A DNA stretch of 63,099 bases, counting the filler, from a candidate division NPL-UPA2 bacterium Unc8 (GTDB taxonomy: Bacteria; NPL-UPA2): the NCBI GenBank assembly GCA_003574845.1. It is 4 parts of 4 records of this genome, joined end to end, with 100 filler letters (N's around TTAATTAATTAA, not from the genome) between each part and the next. Parts side by side here need not be neighbours in the genome. Positions count along the whole stretch, not along the records: positions 26,418 to 49,020 come from NDHY01000013.1; 3 more parts are not named here. One strand, 5' to 3'. The translations under genes were made by a program, and so were the position numbers. Shown one piece after another: positions 31,211 through 41,367 of this stretch. Each line of letters starts with the position of its first letter. The first letter of the stretch is position 1. The notes under the pieces are model-generated. The model was not told where the DNA came from. It saw nothing but the letters and a program-made list of their open reading frames with translations, and did no database searches.

Positions 31211-32338
31211 CTACTTTTTCCATCTTAAAAAGGTGGGAATGTCAAATTCATCACTACTATGCGAGTCTTGAGCAAAAAGTCCCAGGGGAAGCATAGATGT
31301 TTCTTGCTTGGGCCGCCACAGTTGAGAAGAAGAGCGGCGTTCTTCCATATCAAACTTCAGGCTTAACTGTTCCTCACTATCTTTATCCTTAAGTCCTGTT
31401 GCCAGAATGGTAACTCCTATCTCTTCTTTTTTCCTCTCATCAACAATAGCCCCAAATATAACATTTGCATGGGTGTCAGTTGCTTCATAGACAGCTGTGG
31501 CAACCTCCTTAACTTCCTTTATAATGAGGTCTTCCCCGCCAGTGATATTTATAAGCACTCCTCTTGCTCCCTGTATGTTCTTGTTTTCTAATAGCGGGCT
31601 GTTCATTGCTTTCTCTACCGCTACCTGTACCCGGTCAATCCCTCTGCCCATTCCAACGGCAAGGGCCGCCCTTCCACCCTCAGCAATAACTGTTCTCACA
31701 TCTGCAAGGTCCAGATTGATCATCCCTGGCACTGTGATGAGGTCTGAGATTGACCTTACACCCTGAAACAGAGCCTCATCAGCTACTCTAAAGGCGCTAG
31801 TGATAGATGCACCATCCAGAGAAGAAAAAAGGCTTTGATTGGAAATGGAGATGAGAGTATCTACTTTTCTTTTAATCTCCTTAATTGCTCCTTCTGCCCG
31901 CAAACTCCGTCTGTATGCTTCAAAAGGAAACGGCTTTATAACTATGGCTATTGTGAGAGCGCCTGCCTCCCTTGCTATCTCGGCAATAACAGGAGCAGCT
32001 CCCGTTCCCGTGCCACCACCCAGACCAGCAGTTATAAAGATAATATCAGCGCCGCGCAGCGCCTCACTAATCACATCACGATCTTCATTGGCTGAGTTTC
32101 TCCCAATCTCCGGGTCAGAACCAGAGCCGAGTCCATGCGTAATCTTTGCTCCAATTTGAATCTTATGAGGAGCTGCGCATCTTTGCAAAGCCTGAATATC
32201 AGTGTTTATAGCAATGTGTTCTATGCCATCTAATCCCAGCCTTATCATGTTACTGAGGGCATTGCCTCCGCATCCACCGACGCCGACAACTTTTATGTCA
32301 ACTTCACTGTAAAATTCTTCTTCAAGATTTAACATCAC
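31211..32338 (-). CDS. ftsZ: Cell division protein FtsZ
   Basis: GVGGCGGNA, NTD, GGGTGTG, INLDLADV, C-terminal DIPTFLR. Confidence 0.98.
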   Translation of the reverse strand: MMLNLEEEFYSEVDIKVVGVGGCGGNALSNMIRLGLDGIEHIAINTDIQALQRCAAPHKIQIGAKITHGLGSGSDPEIGRNSANEDRDVISEALRGADIIFITAGLGGGTGTGAAPVIAEIAREAGALTIAIVIKPFPFEAYRRSLRAEGAIKEIKRKVDTLISISNQSLFSSLDGASITSAFRVADEALFQGVRSISDLITVPGMINLDLADVRTVIAEGGRAALAVGMGRGIDRVQVAVEKAMNSPLLENKNIQGARGVLINITGGEDLIIKEVKEVATAVYEATDTHANVIFGAIVDERKKEEIGVTILATGLKDKDSEEQLSLKFDMEERRSSSQLWRPKQETSMLPLGLFAQDSHSSDEFDIPTFLRWKK

Positions 32339-32350
32339 TATTCTCCTTTT

Positions 32351-33571
32351 TTAGAAGTATTCATCAATCCACTCTTTCATTCTCAGAGCTACTTTGCTAA
32401 AGAGATTTCTCCCGCCAAACTTTGCCGCCTTTTCTTTCCGTCGGGAAGAAAGTCCATAATGAAGTAATCCTACTGCCGTTGCATAGATGGGACCATCCCC
32501 GATATTTTCCAGTCCCATTATTTTTTTATTAGGCACTCCTATTCTCACCGGAAGCTTAAATATTTGCTCTGCCATTTCTGGCAGCCCCATAAGTAAGGAA
32601 GCTCCCCCGGTTAGCACCACTTCTTCTGACATAGAACGATATGAGCTACTTCCTTCACTCTCTCTCTTGACAATGGTCAAAAGCTCCTCAATTCTTGGCC
32701 CAATAATCTCGCATAAGAGTGATGATGGAAGTCTCCCCCGGTGAGGATGTTCAAAGAATTCATCTCTCCTGAGAAGTGAAGGAAGAGCGCATCCATGAGC
32801 TTTTTTCAGCTCCTCAGCCTTATCAAACTGAATACGCAATCCTACGGCAATATCATTGGTAACATGGTTTCCGCCAATCGCTAACACCTCGCTATGACAG
32901 ACGGCTCCTCCCCTAAAAATAATCATATCGGTGGTTCCACCTCCCATATCAACGAGGAGAACTCCCCTGCGCTTCTCTTCCGCGCTTAAAACTGCCTCTC
33001 CGGAAGCAAGTGGGCCAAGAACAACATCCTCAACTTCAAATCCTGCTTTGTTTATGGATTTAATTATGTTTTGTGCTGACGCTACTGCCCCGGTAATAAT
33101 ATACACCCTTACCTTTAACTGGCTAGCTGACATTCCCACCGGGTCATCAACTCCGTCCTGATTATCAATGATAAATTCACGAGGGATAGTATGAATGACT
33201 TCCCTATCAGTTGGCATTGCCACTGTGCTGGCGGACTTGATTACCCGCTCAACATCCTTTTTAGTAATTTCCCTTGAACTTTTTGATATCTCTATTATTC
33301 CCTGGCTATTAAGCCCTTTAATGTGTCCACCGGCAATTCCCGTGAATATCTTTGTCACTTCCACTCCTGAGGCTGCCTCAGCCTTTTCTACTACTCTTTC
33401 TATTGAATCTGAGGTGCTTTTTAAGTCAATAATAATCCCTTTCCGCAAGCCATTGGACGGAGTTAGCCCTGTTCCGATAATTTTAATTTTATCATCATCT
33501 CTTTTACCAATCATGGCACAGATTTTTGTTGTGCCAATGTCCAGTCCAACAATAAATTCTTTCTCTTTCAT
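32351..33571 (-). CDS. ftsA: Cell division protein FtsA
   Basis: GLDIGTTKI, DMGGGTT, VLTGGASL, YATAVGL, C-terminal amphipathic helix. Confidence 0.97.
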   Translation of the reverse strand: MKEKEFIVGLDIGTTKICAMIGKRDDDKIKIIGTGLTPSNGLRKGIIIDLKSTSDSIERVVEKAEAASGVEVTKIFTGIAGGHIKGLNSQGIIEISKSSREITKKDVERVIKSASTVAMPTDREVIHTIPREFIIDNQDGVDDPVGMSASQLKVRVYIITGAVASAQNIIKSINKAGFEVEDVVLGPLASGEAVLSAEEKRRGVLLVDMGGGTTDMIIFRGGAVCHSEVLAIGGNHVTNDIAVGLRIQFDKAEELKKAHGCALPSLLRRDEFFEHPHRGRLPSSLLCEIIGPRIEELLTIVKRESEGSSSYRSMSEEVVLTGGASLLMGLPEMAEQIFKLPVRIGVPNKKIMGLENIGDGPIYATAVGLLHYGLSSRRKEKAAKFGGRNLFSKVALRMKEWIDEYF

Positions 33572-34353
33572 CGCAATTTAATAACGGGATGAGCAAAACG
33601 CATATCTATGTATTCTGCTTTTTCACCTCTTTGGTGAATATCAGAAACAATAAGTGCTGCATCTGCAAGTCTTCGCTCCCATTGCTCCTCTTCAAAGAAT
33701 ATCTTTGTCTCCTCAGTCTTGAGCAATAAGTGTCGTCCGCTCAAATCTATCTCAGAGAAGGTAATTTCAGCATATTCAATAATATCAAGCGCTAATTGCA
33801 GCCTGTCTTGTGTTAGGCGAGCTCCTTCTTTTATTTTTGCCTTATCAATTCCAGTAATATGTGGAAGCTTGCCTCCTGAAAAATCTGAAAAAAAGAGAAA
33901 TCCCTCCCGGTCAATGAGATATAGCCTATCCTTACCTTCCACAGAGGCAATTCCCCTCCTCTCATCAATGATAACGAAAACCCTTCTGGGAAGAACGCGA
34001 CGAACAGTGGCACTCCTGATAATATAATAAGCTTCCAGATGCTGAACTATTTCTTTTGGGCTTACATTAAATATATTTTCTCCTAACTTAATCCCAGCCA
34101 TATTTTCAAGCTCCTCTCTTTCAAGAGAAACCATTCCTTTAAAATCTATTTCCTCAATCTGAAAGTAAGAGGATGTCACTGCAAAACGTTCAATCTTTTC
34201 TATGCCAAAAATAAGTCCCACTAAAAAAAGCACCATCAAAAGGAGTTTTCCAATTTTCTTAACAAGCTTTTTTCTTCTTTCTCTTATCCTGCTTTTAGCT
34301 TGCTCTCTTTTTTTTACCCGAGTATTCTTCTTTATTTTGCCTCGCCTTCCCAA
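33568..34353 (-). CDS. ftsQ: Cell division protein FtsQ/DivIB
   Basis: Basic N-tail, single TM, POTRA-like region, YIDMRF C-terminus; position between ddl and ftsA. Confidence 0.88.
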   Translation of the reverse strand: MGRRGKIKKNTRVKKREQAKSRIRERRKKLVKKIGKLLLMVLFLVGLIFGIEKIERFAVTSSYFQIEEIDFKGMVSLEREELENMAGIKLGENIFNVSPKEIVQHLEAYYIIRSATVRRVLPRRVFVIIDERRGIASVEGKDRLYLIDREGFLFFSDFSGGKLPHITGIDKAKIKEGARLTQDRLQLALDIIEYAEITFSEIDLSGRHLLLKTEETKIFFEEEQWERRLADAALIVSDIHQRGEKAEYIDMRFAHPVIKLR

Positions 34354-34373
34354 AGGTACAACTCCCCTAAATT

Positions 34374-35330
34374 CTAAACTCTAAATTCTGACTTCTGACT
34401 CTCGATCCCCGATCCCCCGTGAACAGTCTTTGTGCCCCTGAGGGCAATCTCAATAATTTTCTGGCACAGTTCAGGAAAATCAATTCCTGCTGCTTCGGCG
34501 GCAGCAGGAAAAAGAGAGACATCGGTCAAGCCAGGAATTGTATTGACCTCAAGAACGTAAGTCTCACCCCCACTTAATATCAAATCAACTCTGGAGAACC
34601 CACTACACCCAAGAACACTGTGTGACTGAAGAGAAATTTCCTGAACTCTATGATAGATTTCTTCCTCAAGAGGAGCTGGAATAATAAATTCATGCAGTTC
34701 AGCGGTGTACTTTGCCTCAAAATCAAAAAAATCACGCTTTGAGCGAATCTCAACTACTGGCAACGCAGTTCCATTGAGAATGCCAACAGTAATTTCCTTT
34801 CCTTTGACATATCTCTCAATAAGAACCCTTGAATCATACTTTATCGCTTTTTCAAGAGCAGGCTGAAACTCTTTTTCCTCTTTGACAATGGAAATTCCAA
34901 TTGCAGAACCTCCCCGCGCCGGCTTCACAACCAATGGCACCTCCATATGCCACCCCTTCACTCTACTTCCATTGGTTCCATTTAAAATATAAAAGTCCGG
35001 AGTTGGTATGTTTTCTTTCAGGAAAATTTCCTTGGCACAAACTTTGTCAAATGCGACTCTGCTTGCCTCTACTCCCGAGCCCGTGTAGGGAATGTTTAAT
35101 TTCTCTAAAAGAGATTGAACTACGCCGTCTTCCCCATATTTCCCATGCAGAGCAATAAAGGCAACGTCTATGTCTTTTTTCTTAATGGCGCGATTCCAAT
35201 TATCAGCTGCGTCCAGTGATATTACTTCCATTCCCTTTTTCATTAATGCATGTATCACTGCTTTTCCAGAGCGAAGGGATATCTCCCGCTCGCTGGATTT
35301 TCCTCCCATGAGTACTGCAACGCGCATCAT
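34374..35330 (-). CDS. ddl: D-alanine--D-alanine ligase
   Basis: GGKSSEREISL, LHGKYGEDG, FDFEAKY, LEVNTIPG; last ~19 residues encoded by repeat modules. Confidence 0.97.
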   Translation of the reverse strand: MMRVAVLMGGKSSEREISLRSGKAVIHALMKKGMEVISLDAADNWNRAIKKKDIDVAFIALHGKYGEDGVVQSLLEKLNIPYTGSGVEASRVAFDKVCAKEIFLKENIPTPDFYILNGTNGSRVKGWHMEVPLVVKPARGGSAIGISIVKEEKEFQPALEKAIKYDSRVLIERYVKGKEITVGILNGTALPVVEIRSKRDFFDFEAKYTAELHEFIIPAPLEEEIYHRVQEISLQSHSVLGCSGFSRVDLILSGGETYVLEVNTIPGLTDVSLFPAAAEAAGIDFPELCQKIIEIALRGTKTVHGGSGIESQKSEFRV

Positions 35331-36230
35331 TTAGACTATCTCAATCTCAAGTTCTAACTTAACTCCATGCTTCTGAAAGACAGTGAGCTGTATTTTATCA
35401 ATTAAACTGAGTATGTCAGCAGCCGTCGCTGTTCCTAAATTGACAATAAAATTTGCATGGCGATAAGAAACCTCAGCATCTCCTACCCGCAACTCTTTGA
35501 GTCCGCACTGCTCAATAAGTTCTCCGGCAGAGGGACCTGTCGGCGGATTTTTGAATATTGAACCAGCGCTAAGCTGAGAAATAGGCTGAGTCATTCCTTT
35601 TTCAAGAATAACCTCTTTGAGCATGGACAAAGTTTTTAACGCTTCTCTCTTTTGAAGACGTATCTCCGTCTCAAGGATAATTCCCCTTCCCATCAAGTTA
35701 CTACGGCGATAGCTGAATTCAAGATTATCTCTCTCAAGACGGATAGTATCTCCTTCTAAATTCATAACCTCAACCCAGTTTACAAGAGGCCCTATTGAGC
35801 CATCCTTTCCCCCGGCGTTCATCATAAGAGCGCCTCCCACGGTCCCGGGGATGCCGGCAGCAAACTCCAGCCCTCCAAGGTCATGACGAGCGCTCTCAGA
35901 TATGAGAGTAGGCAGGGAAACGCCTGCTTCTGCTACTACCCTTTTCTCCTTAAATACCAGCTTCTGAAAATGTGGGGTCTCAAGGTTAATAACCACACCG
36001 GAAAAGCCGCTATCTTTGACAAGCAGATTACTTCCTTTACCAAACACTTTAAGTGAAAGAGCTTCTTTCTTGATGACCTGTAATAGTTTTTTCAGGTCTT
36101 CCTTATCCGATGGCTCAACCCAGCAAGCAGCAGAACCTCCAATACGCAAAGAGGTCCGTCGCTTGAGCGGCTCATCATAGCTCACTTTTCCTTTAATCAA
36201 ATTTTTAAGCTCTGAGTTTATCAACAACAT
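35331..36230 (-). CDS. murB: UDP-N-acetylmuramate dehydrogenase
   Basis: GKGSNLL, GIPGTVGGA, FSYRRS, SAGSIFKNP, HANF, LELEI. Confidence 0.97.
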   Translation of the reverse strand: MLLINSELKNLIKGKVSYDEPLKRRTSLRIGGSAACWVEPSDKEDLKKLLQVIKKEALSLKVFGKGSNLLVKDSGFSGVVINLETPHFQKLVFKEKRVVAEAGVSLPTLISESARHDLGGLEFAAGIPGTVGGALMMNAGGKDGSIGPLVNWVEVMNLEGDTIRLERDNLEFSYRRSNLMGRGIILETEIRLQKREALKTLSMLKEVILEKGMTQPISQLSAGSIFKNPPTGPSAGELIEQCGLKELRVGDAEVSYRHANFIVNLGTATAADILSLIDKIQLTVFQKHGVKLELEIEIV

Positions 36231-37587
36231 TCTCCTTTAATCGTCTCATCATTTCCTCGCTCAACTCAGTAATATCTCCTGCTCCAATGGTAATAAGAAG
36301 ATCGCCGGGTTTAATAATTTTCATTAAGTAGTTTCCGATTTCTAACCTGTTACTGATGAAGATTTTTTCTTTTTGCTTAATGAGGTCAAAAATGGTGCGG
36401 CCGGTCACTCCCTTGATTTCTTTCTCGCCAGCACTGTAAACCTCAGTAACAACCAAAAAATCCGCCTCGGTGAAAGAATCAGCAAAGCTCTCTTTCAGAG
36501 AGTTTGTCCTTGTAAAGCGATGAGGTTGAAACACGGCAATTATTCTTCTCCTTAACTTCTGTGCCGTACTCAGCACTGCCTTGATTTCAGTGGGATGATG
36601 AGCATAATCATCTATGAGCATGACTCCCTCCACCTCGCCTTTTAGCTCAAACCGTCGCCGAACGCCGCTAAAACAGGCAAGAGCAAGAGCAAGAGCACCA
36701 AAAGAGATTCCCATTCTTATTCCGACAGCAACTGCCGCCAGAGAGTTGTAAACATTATGCATTCCTGGAATATGAAGCCTTATATCACCCAGAGTTTTTC
36801 CATGATAGAAAGCATGATATTGAGACCCAACCTCACTAAGAACAATCTCCTGTGCCGTAAGATCGGCTTCATCATTGTCAACACCATACACTAAAAGATC
36901 AGACGCTATCTTTCTGTCTCCCATGAGCACTTTCTTAACTACGCTGGAACTACAGATAATGGTGCCATCAGCAGGAACATTCCTGCTAAACTTTTCAAAG
37001 GTAGTAATGACCTCCTTCAGGTCTCCATAATAATCAAGGTGGTCTGCTTCAACATTGGTAATAACTGCTATTTCAGGCGAGAGCATTAGAAATGACCCGT
37101 CACTTTCGTCAGCCTCAGCTACCAGATATTTACTCCGCCCCAGCCTGGCATTTCCGCCAAGATCATTTGATTCGCCACCAATAATAACAGTTGGGTCCTT
37201 GCCAGCAGCCACCAGCATAAAAGCAATCATTGATGACGTTATTGTCTTTCCATGTGACCCGGCGATGGCAATCCCCAATTTTTCCTGCATCAGCTCTGCG
37301 AGAGCTTCTCCTCTCTTTATAATTCTTAGTTTTTTCTCCCGGGCAGCCACAAGCTCCGGATTATCTGAGAGAACAGCCGAAGAAAAGATAACCAATTCCG
37401 CTTTTTCTATGTTTTCCCTATGATGTCCAATATAAATTTGAATGCCTCGCTGACGCAGCCTGCTGGTGATATTGCTTTTCTTGAGGTCAGAACCACTAAC
37501 AGCGTGCCCTTTCTCAAAGAGCAATTGGGCAATTCCACTCATTCCCGCCCCACCAATTCCAACAAAATGGATATTTTTCTCAAACAC
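36205..37587 (-). CDS. murC: UDP-N-acetylmuramate--L-alanine ligase
   Basis: HFVGIGGAGMSG, GSHGKT, EADESD, DDYAHHPTE, FQPHRFTR. Confidence 0.98.
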   Translation of the reverse strand: MFEKNIHFVGIGGAGMSGIAQLLFEKGHAVSGSDLKKSNITSRLRQRGIQIYIGHHRENIEKAELVIFSSAVLSDNPELVAAREKKLRIIKRGEALAELMQEKLGIAIAGSHGKTITSSMIAFMLVAAGKDPTVIIGGESNDLGGNARLGRSKYLVAEADESDGSFLMLSPEIAVITNVEADHLDYYGDLKEVITTFEKFSRNVPADGTIICSSSVVKKVLMGDRKIASDLLVYGVDNDEADLTAQEIVLSEVGSQYHAFYHGKTLGDIRLHIPGMHNVYNSLAAVAVGIRMGISFGALALALACFSGVRRRFELKGEVEGVMLIDDYAHHPTEIKAVLSTAQKLRRRIIAVFQPHRFTRTNSLKESFADSFTEADFLVVTEVYSAGEKEIKGVTGRTIFDLIKQKEKIFISNRLEIGNYLMKIIKPGDLLITIGAGDITELSEEMMRRLKENVVDKLRA

Positions 37588-37597
37588 TCTTTTTACC

Positions 37598-37747
37598 TAA
37601 ACAGCTTTCAGTTTTCAGCATTCAGAAACAATGTGCTAAATAGCTATCAGCTATCAGCTATCAGCTCTTGTGCCTCTGTGCCTTTGTGCCTTTGTGCCTT
37701 TGTGCCTTTCTCTTTACTCTCTACTTACCACTTACCACTTACCACTT
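37598..37747. repeat. Composite short-repeat block between murG and murC
   Basis: TTTCAG, GCTATCA x3, TGTGCCT(T/C) x5, CTTACCA x3 modules; contains TTCAGAAACAATGTGC, a piece of the 63-bp dispersed repeat. Confidence 0.88.
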
Positions 37748-38818
37748 ATACCCAGCCAGCTTCTCCACTCTCTCCGCCACTAACTCTGCAGCCAGAGGCA
37801 TTCCAGCTCCCTTTGTCTTCTTTGCCATGCAAGCGAGCTTCTCCTCATCCTGAATTAGGTCCAGAATAAGTTCTGTTAATTTCTTTCCATTCAGCTCTGC
37901 ATCCTCAACTAAAACAGCTCCTCCTTTATTTTCAAGCCATCGCGCATTTTCTAACTGATGCGCACCAGCATGAGGATAAGGGACAAGAATTGCCGGCAAG
38001 CCTGCCGCGGTTATCTCTGATAGAGTCGTTGCGCCTGCTCGGGCAACAACAAGGGATGCGCAACTATAAAACTCTTCCACGCAGTGAGAAAAAGCATACA
38101 CCTCAGCAGCAAGCCCTGCCTTTTCATACTTGCTTTTCATAAAAGAAAAATCGCTGTCTCCTGTCAGGTGAACTATTTTTTTATTTCCCATCTTTCCCTG
38201 TAAATAGTTAGCTGCTTCAGCCATTGCCATATTCAAGTGATGCGACCCCAAACTCCCCCCCATAATTAATATTATATCTTTTGGCTTCAATTTTCCTCTT
38301 CTGACCTTTAATATCTCTTTTCGTACAGGATTCCCCGTAAGTATTACCCTTGAGGAAGAAAAGAACGGCTTTGATTCCTCAAAGCTAATAGCTACCTCAT
38401 TAACAAATTTAGAAAGGAGGCGATTGGTTACCCCCGGATGCAAGTTTTGCTCATGAATGAGAGTGGGAAATCTGAGCAAAGAAGCAGAAAGGAGAAATGG
38501 CCCACAAAGATAACCCCCCATTCCTACTACAACATCAGGTCGGAATCTCGCCAGTATAAAGAACGATTTTAGAAACCCAATTATACTACTTGCCATGCCA
38601 AGGATGCTCCCCCACAAAGACTTTCCTATAATCCCAGCACCCGATATGGAAAAGTATAGAAACCCCCTTTGCGGAATAATATTAGATTCTAATCCTTCTT
38701 TTCTCCCAATGAAAGCTATTTCTACATCCGGGTTTCTTTTGCGTAAAGTCTCAGCTATAACCAACCCGGGGAAAAGATGCCCTCCTGTACCTCCAGCGAC
38801 AATCACAACTTTCATCAC
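37739..38818 (-). CDS. murG: MurG glycosyltransferase
   Basis: GGTGGHLFP, GMGGY, HEQN, GNPVR, GGSLG, RAGATT, HQLENA. Confidence 0.97.
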   Translation of the reverse strand: MMKVVIVAGGTGGHLFPGLVIAETLRKRNPDVEIAFIGRKEGLESNIIPQRGFLYFSISGAGIIGKSLWGSILGMASSIIGFLKSFFILARFRPDVVVGMGGYLCGPFLLSASLLRFPTLIHEQNLHPGVTNRLLSKFVNEVAISFEESKPFFSSSRVILTGNPVRKEILKVRRGKLKPKDIILIMGGSLGSHHLNMAMAEAANYLQGKMGNKKIVHLTGDSDFSFMKSKYEKAGLAAEVYAFSHCVEEFYSCASLVVARAGATTLSEITAAGLPAILVPYPHAGAHQLENARWLENKGGAVLVEDAELNGKKLTELILDLIQDEEKLACMAKKTKGAGMPLAAELVAERVEKLAGYKW

Positions 38819-38920
38819 TCTCTACTCTATACTAAATAGCTGTCAGCTATCAGCTCTTGTGTCTGTGTGCCTTTGTGCCTTCTTTCAACATGTTTTAATC
38901 TTTAGTTTTTGATTTTGTGC
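38819..38920. repeat. Short composite repeat block between ftsW and murG
   Basis: CTAAATAGCTGTCAGCTATCAGCTCTTGTG shared with the 37598 block. Confidence 0.75.
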
Positions 38921-40003
38921 TGAGGTGCTGCTTCGTGAGACATTGAGCAACAATCCTACCCCTGCCATAGTAGTCACAAGCGAGGAGCCTCCAAAACTGA
39001 TAAATGGAAGAGAAATCCCCATTGTTGGCAAAGACCCCGTAGCCACCCCAATATTTATTGCCGCCTGAAGCCCAATTATCATAGTAATTCCTATTGACAG
39101 AAGATAGCCAAAGAGATCCGGAGCACTCCAGGCAATTTTAATCCCAATCCAGATAAACAGAATAAACAGGACCATAATTGCCCCAGTTCCTATAAGTCCT
39201 ATTTCTTCTCCAATAATGGAGAATATGAAATCTGTATGGGAAGCTGGAAGGAAAAACAATTTCTGCTGCGATCTCCCAAGTCCAACGCCCCACAATCCCC
39301 CCGAGCCAAGAGCAAGAAGCGATTGAATAATCTGATATCCAACCCCTGAAGGGTCACTCCAGGGATCAAGAAATGCAAGTATTCTTCTTCTTCTGAATGC
39401 AATGTCAAAAACTAAAAAATAAAGTACGGGAATAAATGAGATAGCTGTTCCCACCAGGTAACTAATTTTTACTCCACCGACGAAAAGCATAATGAAGGAA
39501 ACCATCACGAGCAGGAGTGCGGTCCCCAGGTTAGGCTGAAAAATAACCAACCCCCCAACCAGCATAATAACCAGAACAGGTGGAAGAAATCCATGCAATT
39601 TTCCAAGACACTTTTGTTTGTCGGCAAGGTATCTGGCAAGATATACAATGAGAAAGAGCTTTACAATCTCTACGGGCTGAAAGCTAAACCCACCAAGGAG
39701 AAGCCATCTCCTTGCCCCCCCGGCTTCTCTGCCAAACTGTGGGAAAAGGACAAGGACAAGCAAGAAAACTCCAAGCACAAGCAATGGTTTATTTATCTTT
39801 CTTAAAAGGTCATATTTGATTCGCATGGCAGCAAAAAGCGCCAGGGAACCTACCACTACCCAGAGAAGCTGTCTCCTGAAAAAGAAAAAGGGGTCTCCCA
39901 TACTTTGTTCAGCAAAGATAGCAGTAGTACTGTAAATGCTAATCAATCCACATCCAATAAGGATGAGAGTAATTATGGATATGAGATAAGTTTCTCTATT
40001 CAC
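38885..40003 (-). CDS. ftsW: FtsW (SEDS family)
   Basis: GARRW, FQPVE, GYQIIQS, GSGG, HTDFIF, PFISFGGSS. Confidence 0.96.
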   Translation of the reverse strand: MNRETYLISIITLILIGCGLISIYSTTAIFAEQSMGDPFFFFRRQLLWVVVGSLALFAAMRIKYDLLRKINKPLLVLGVFLLVLVLFPQFGREAGGARRWLLLGGFSFQPVEIVKLFLIVYLARYLADKQKCLGKLHGFLPPVLVIMLVGGLVIFQPNLGTALLLVMVSFIMLFVGGVKISYLVGTAISFIPVLYFLVFDIAFRRRRILAFLDPWSDPSGVGYQIIQSLLALGSGGLWGVGLGRSQQKLFFLPASHTDFIFSIIGEEIGLIGTGAIMVLFILFIWIGIKIAWSAPDLFGYLLSIGITMIIGLQAAINIGVATGSLPTMGISLPFISFGGSSLVTTMAGVGLLLNVSRSSTSAQNQKLKIKTC

Positions 40004-41367
40004 AGATCTCTCACCATTTTTTTAAATGCTTCTCCTCTTTCCTCAAAGTTGGCGAACATATCAAGGCTGGAACACCCGGGAGAGAGAAGCACCGTGTCTC
40101 CCTCATTAGCCAGTGAATGTGCCAGCCTCACTGCTTCATTCAGAGAATCAACTCTCTTCACCTGAACCGCTTCCATTAGCGCCTTCTCCATCACATCAGT
40201 CGCCTCACCGAGAAGAATTGCTACTTTTACCTTTGCCGCCGCCAATTCCGTCAGGCAAGAAAAGTCCGCTCCTTTGCCCCTTCCGCCGGCAATGAGAATT
40301 ATCGGAGAAGAGATACTCTCAAGTGATTTGAGCACAGCCCCCACATTTGTGCCTTTGGAATCATTAATGAAACGAACCCCGGCAACCTCTCTGACAAATT
40401 CTACGCGGTGTTCTAAACCCGAAAATCTCCGCAAAACGTTGCCAATGTCCTTGCTGTCAACTCCGTAGATAATGGCGGCAGTGACGGCAGCAAGGACGTT
40501 TTCCCGATTATGAACTCCATGAAGTTTTATCTCGTCACAGGAGAGAATAGCTTTCTCTTTTCCGTCAAAACGAGAGTACACCCATCCATCTTTCACAAAT
40601 GTCCCCTCGGACAGCTCATTCCTCTGGCTAAATTTAATGACCCTTGCTTTCGTTGGAGCCATCCTCACCAGAGGGTCGTCATCATTAAGCAAAGCATAGT
40701 CATCTGCGCTCTGATTCCTGAAGAGCTCCAGCTCTGCCTGAGTATAATTGTCAAAAGAATTATTGTATCTATCAAGGTGATCTGGAGTAATATTGAGTAG
40801 AATGGCAATCCAGGGTCTGAAGCTCTTAATCGTTTCTAATTGAAAACTGCTCACTTCTACTACCACCAGGTCAAAAGGCGTTAACTCATCCACGAAATCA
40901 CACAAGGGATAACCAATGTTACCTGCAATAAGGGCAGGCTTCCCTGCCCTTTTAAAAATCTCTACAAGGAGAGTGACTGTAGTTGACTTTCCATTCGTCC
41001 CTCCAATGGCAATCAATGGAGCCCTGCAAAAGCAAGCCGCAAGCTCAAGCTCGCTAATGACAGGAACTCCACGTCTGCGAGCATGAGAGATGGGAGCCGC
41101 TTGTTGGGGGACACCAGGGCTGACGACAACAAGGCTTGCCTCATCAATTAGAGATAGACTATGCCTTCCTGTCTCCACCTCAATTCCTTCATCTAACAAC
41201 AGTTTGGCGCGTTCACCTATTTCATTATTCCCTTGAGAGACCTCGCTGACCTTGACGCGCGCTCCTTTCTTCTTGAGAAGGCGCGCCGCCGCCAGGCCAC
41301 TCCTGCCCAGACCAATCACGACAACGTTCCCGCCAATGCCATTACAAACAGAAGTAATTTCCTTCAT
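40000..41367 (-). CDS. murD: MurD ligase
   Basis: GLGRSG, SPGVP, GTNGKSTT, EVSSFQL, DHLDRY, NDSKGTN, LLSPGCSSLDMF. Confidence 0.97.
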   Translation of the reverse strand: MKEITSVCNGIGGNVVVIGLGRSGLAAARLLKKKGARVKVSEVSQGNNEIGERAKLLLDEGIEVETGRHSLSLIDEASLVVVSPGVPQQAAPISHARRRGVPVISELELAACFCRAPLIAIGGTNGKSTTVTLLVEIFKRAGKPALIAGNIGYPLCDFVDELTPFDLVVVEVSSFQLETIKSFRPWIAILLNITPDHLDRYNNSFDNYTQAELELFRNQSADDYALLNDDDPLVRMAPTKARVIKFSQRNELSEGTFVKDGWVYSRFDGKEKAILSCDEIKLHGVHNRENVLAAVTAAIIYGVDSKDIGNVLRRFSGLEHRVEFVREVAGVRFINDSKGTNVGAVLKSLESISSPIILIAGGRGKGADFSCLTELAAAKVKVAILLGEATDVMEKALMEAVQVKRVDSLNEAVRLAHSLANEGDTVLLSPGCSSLDMFANFEERGEAFKKMVRDL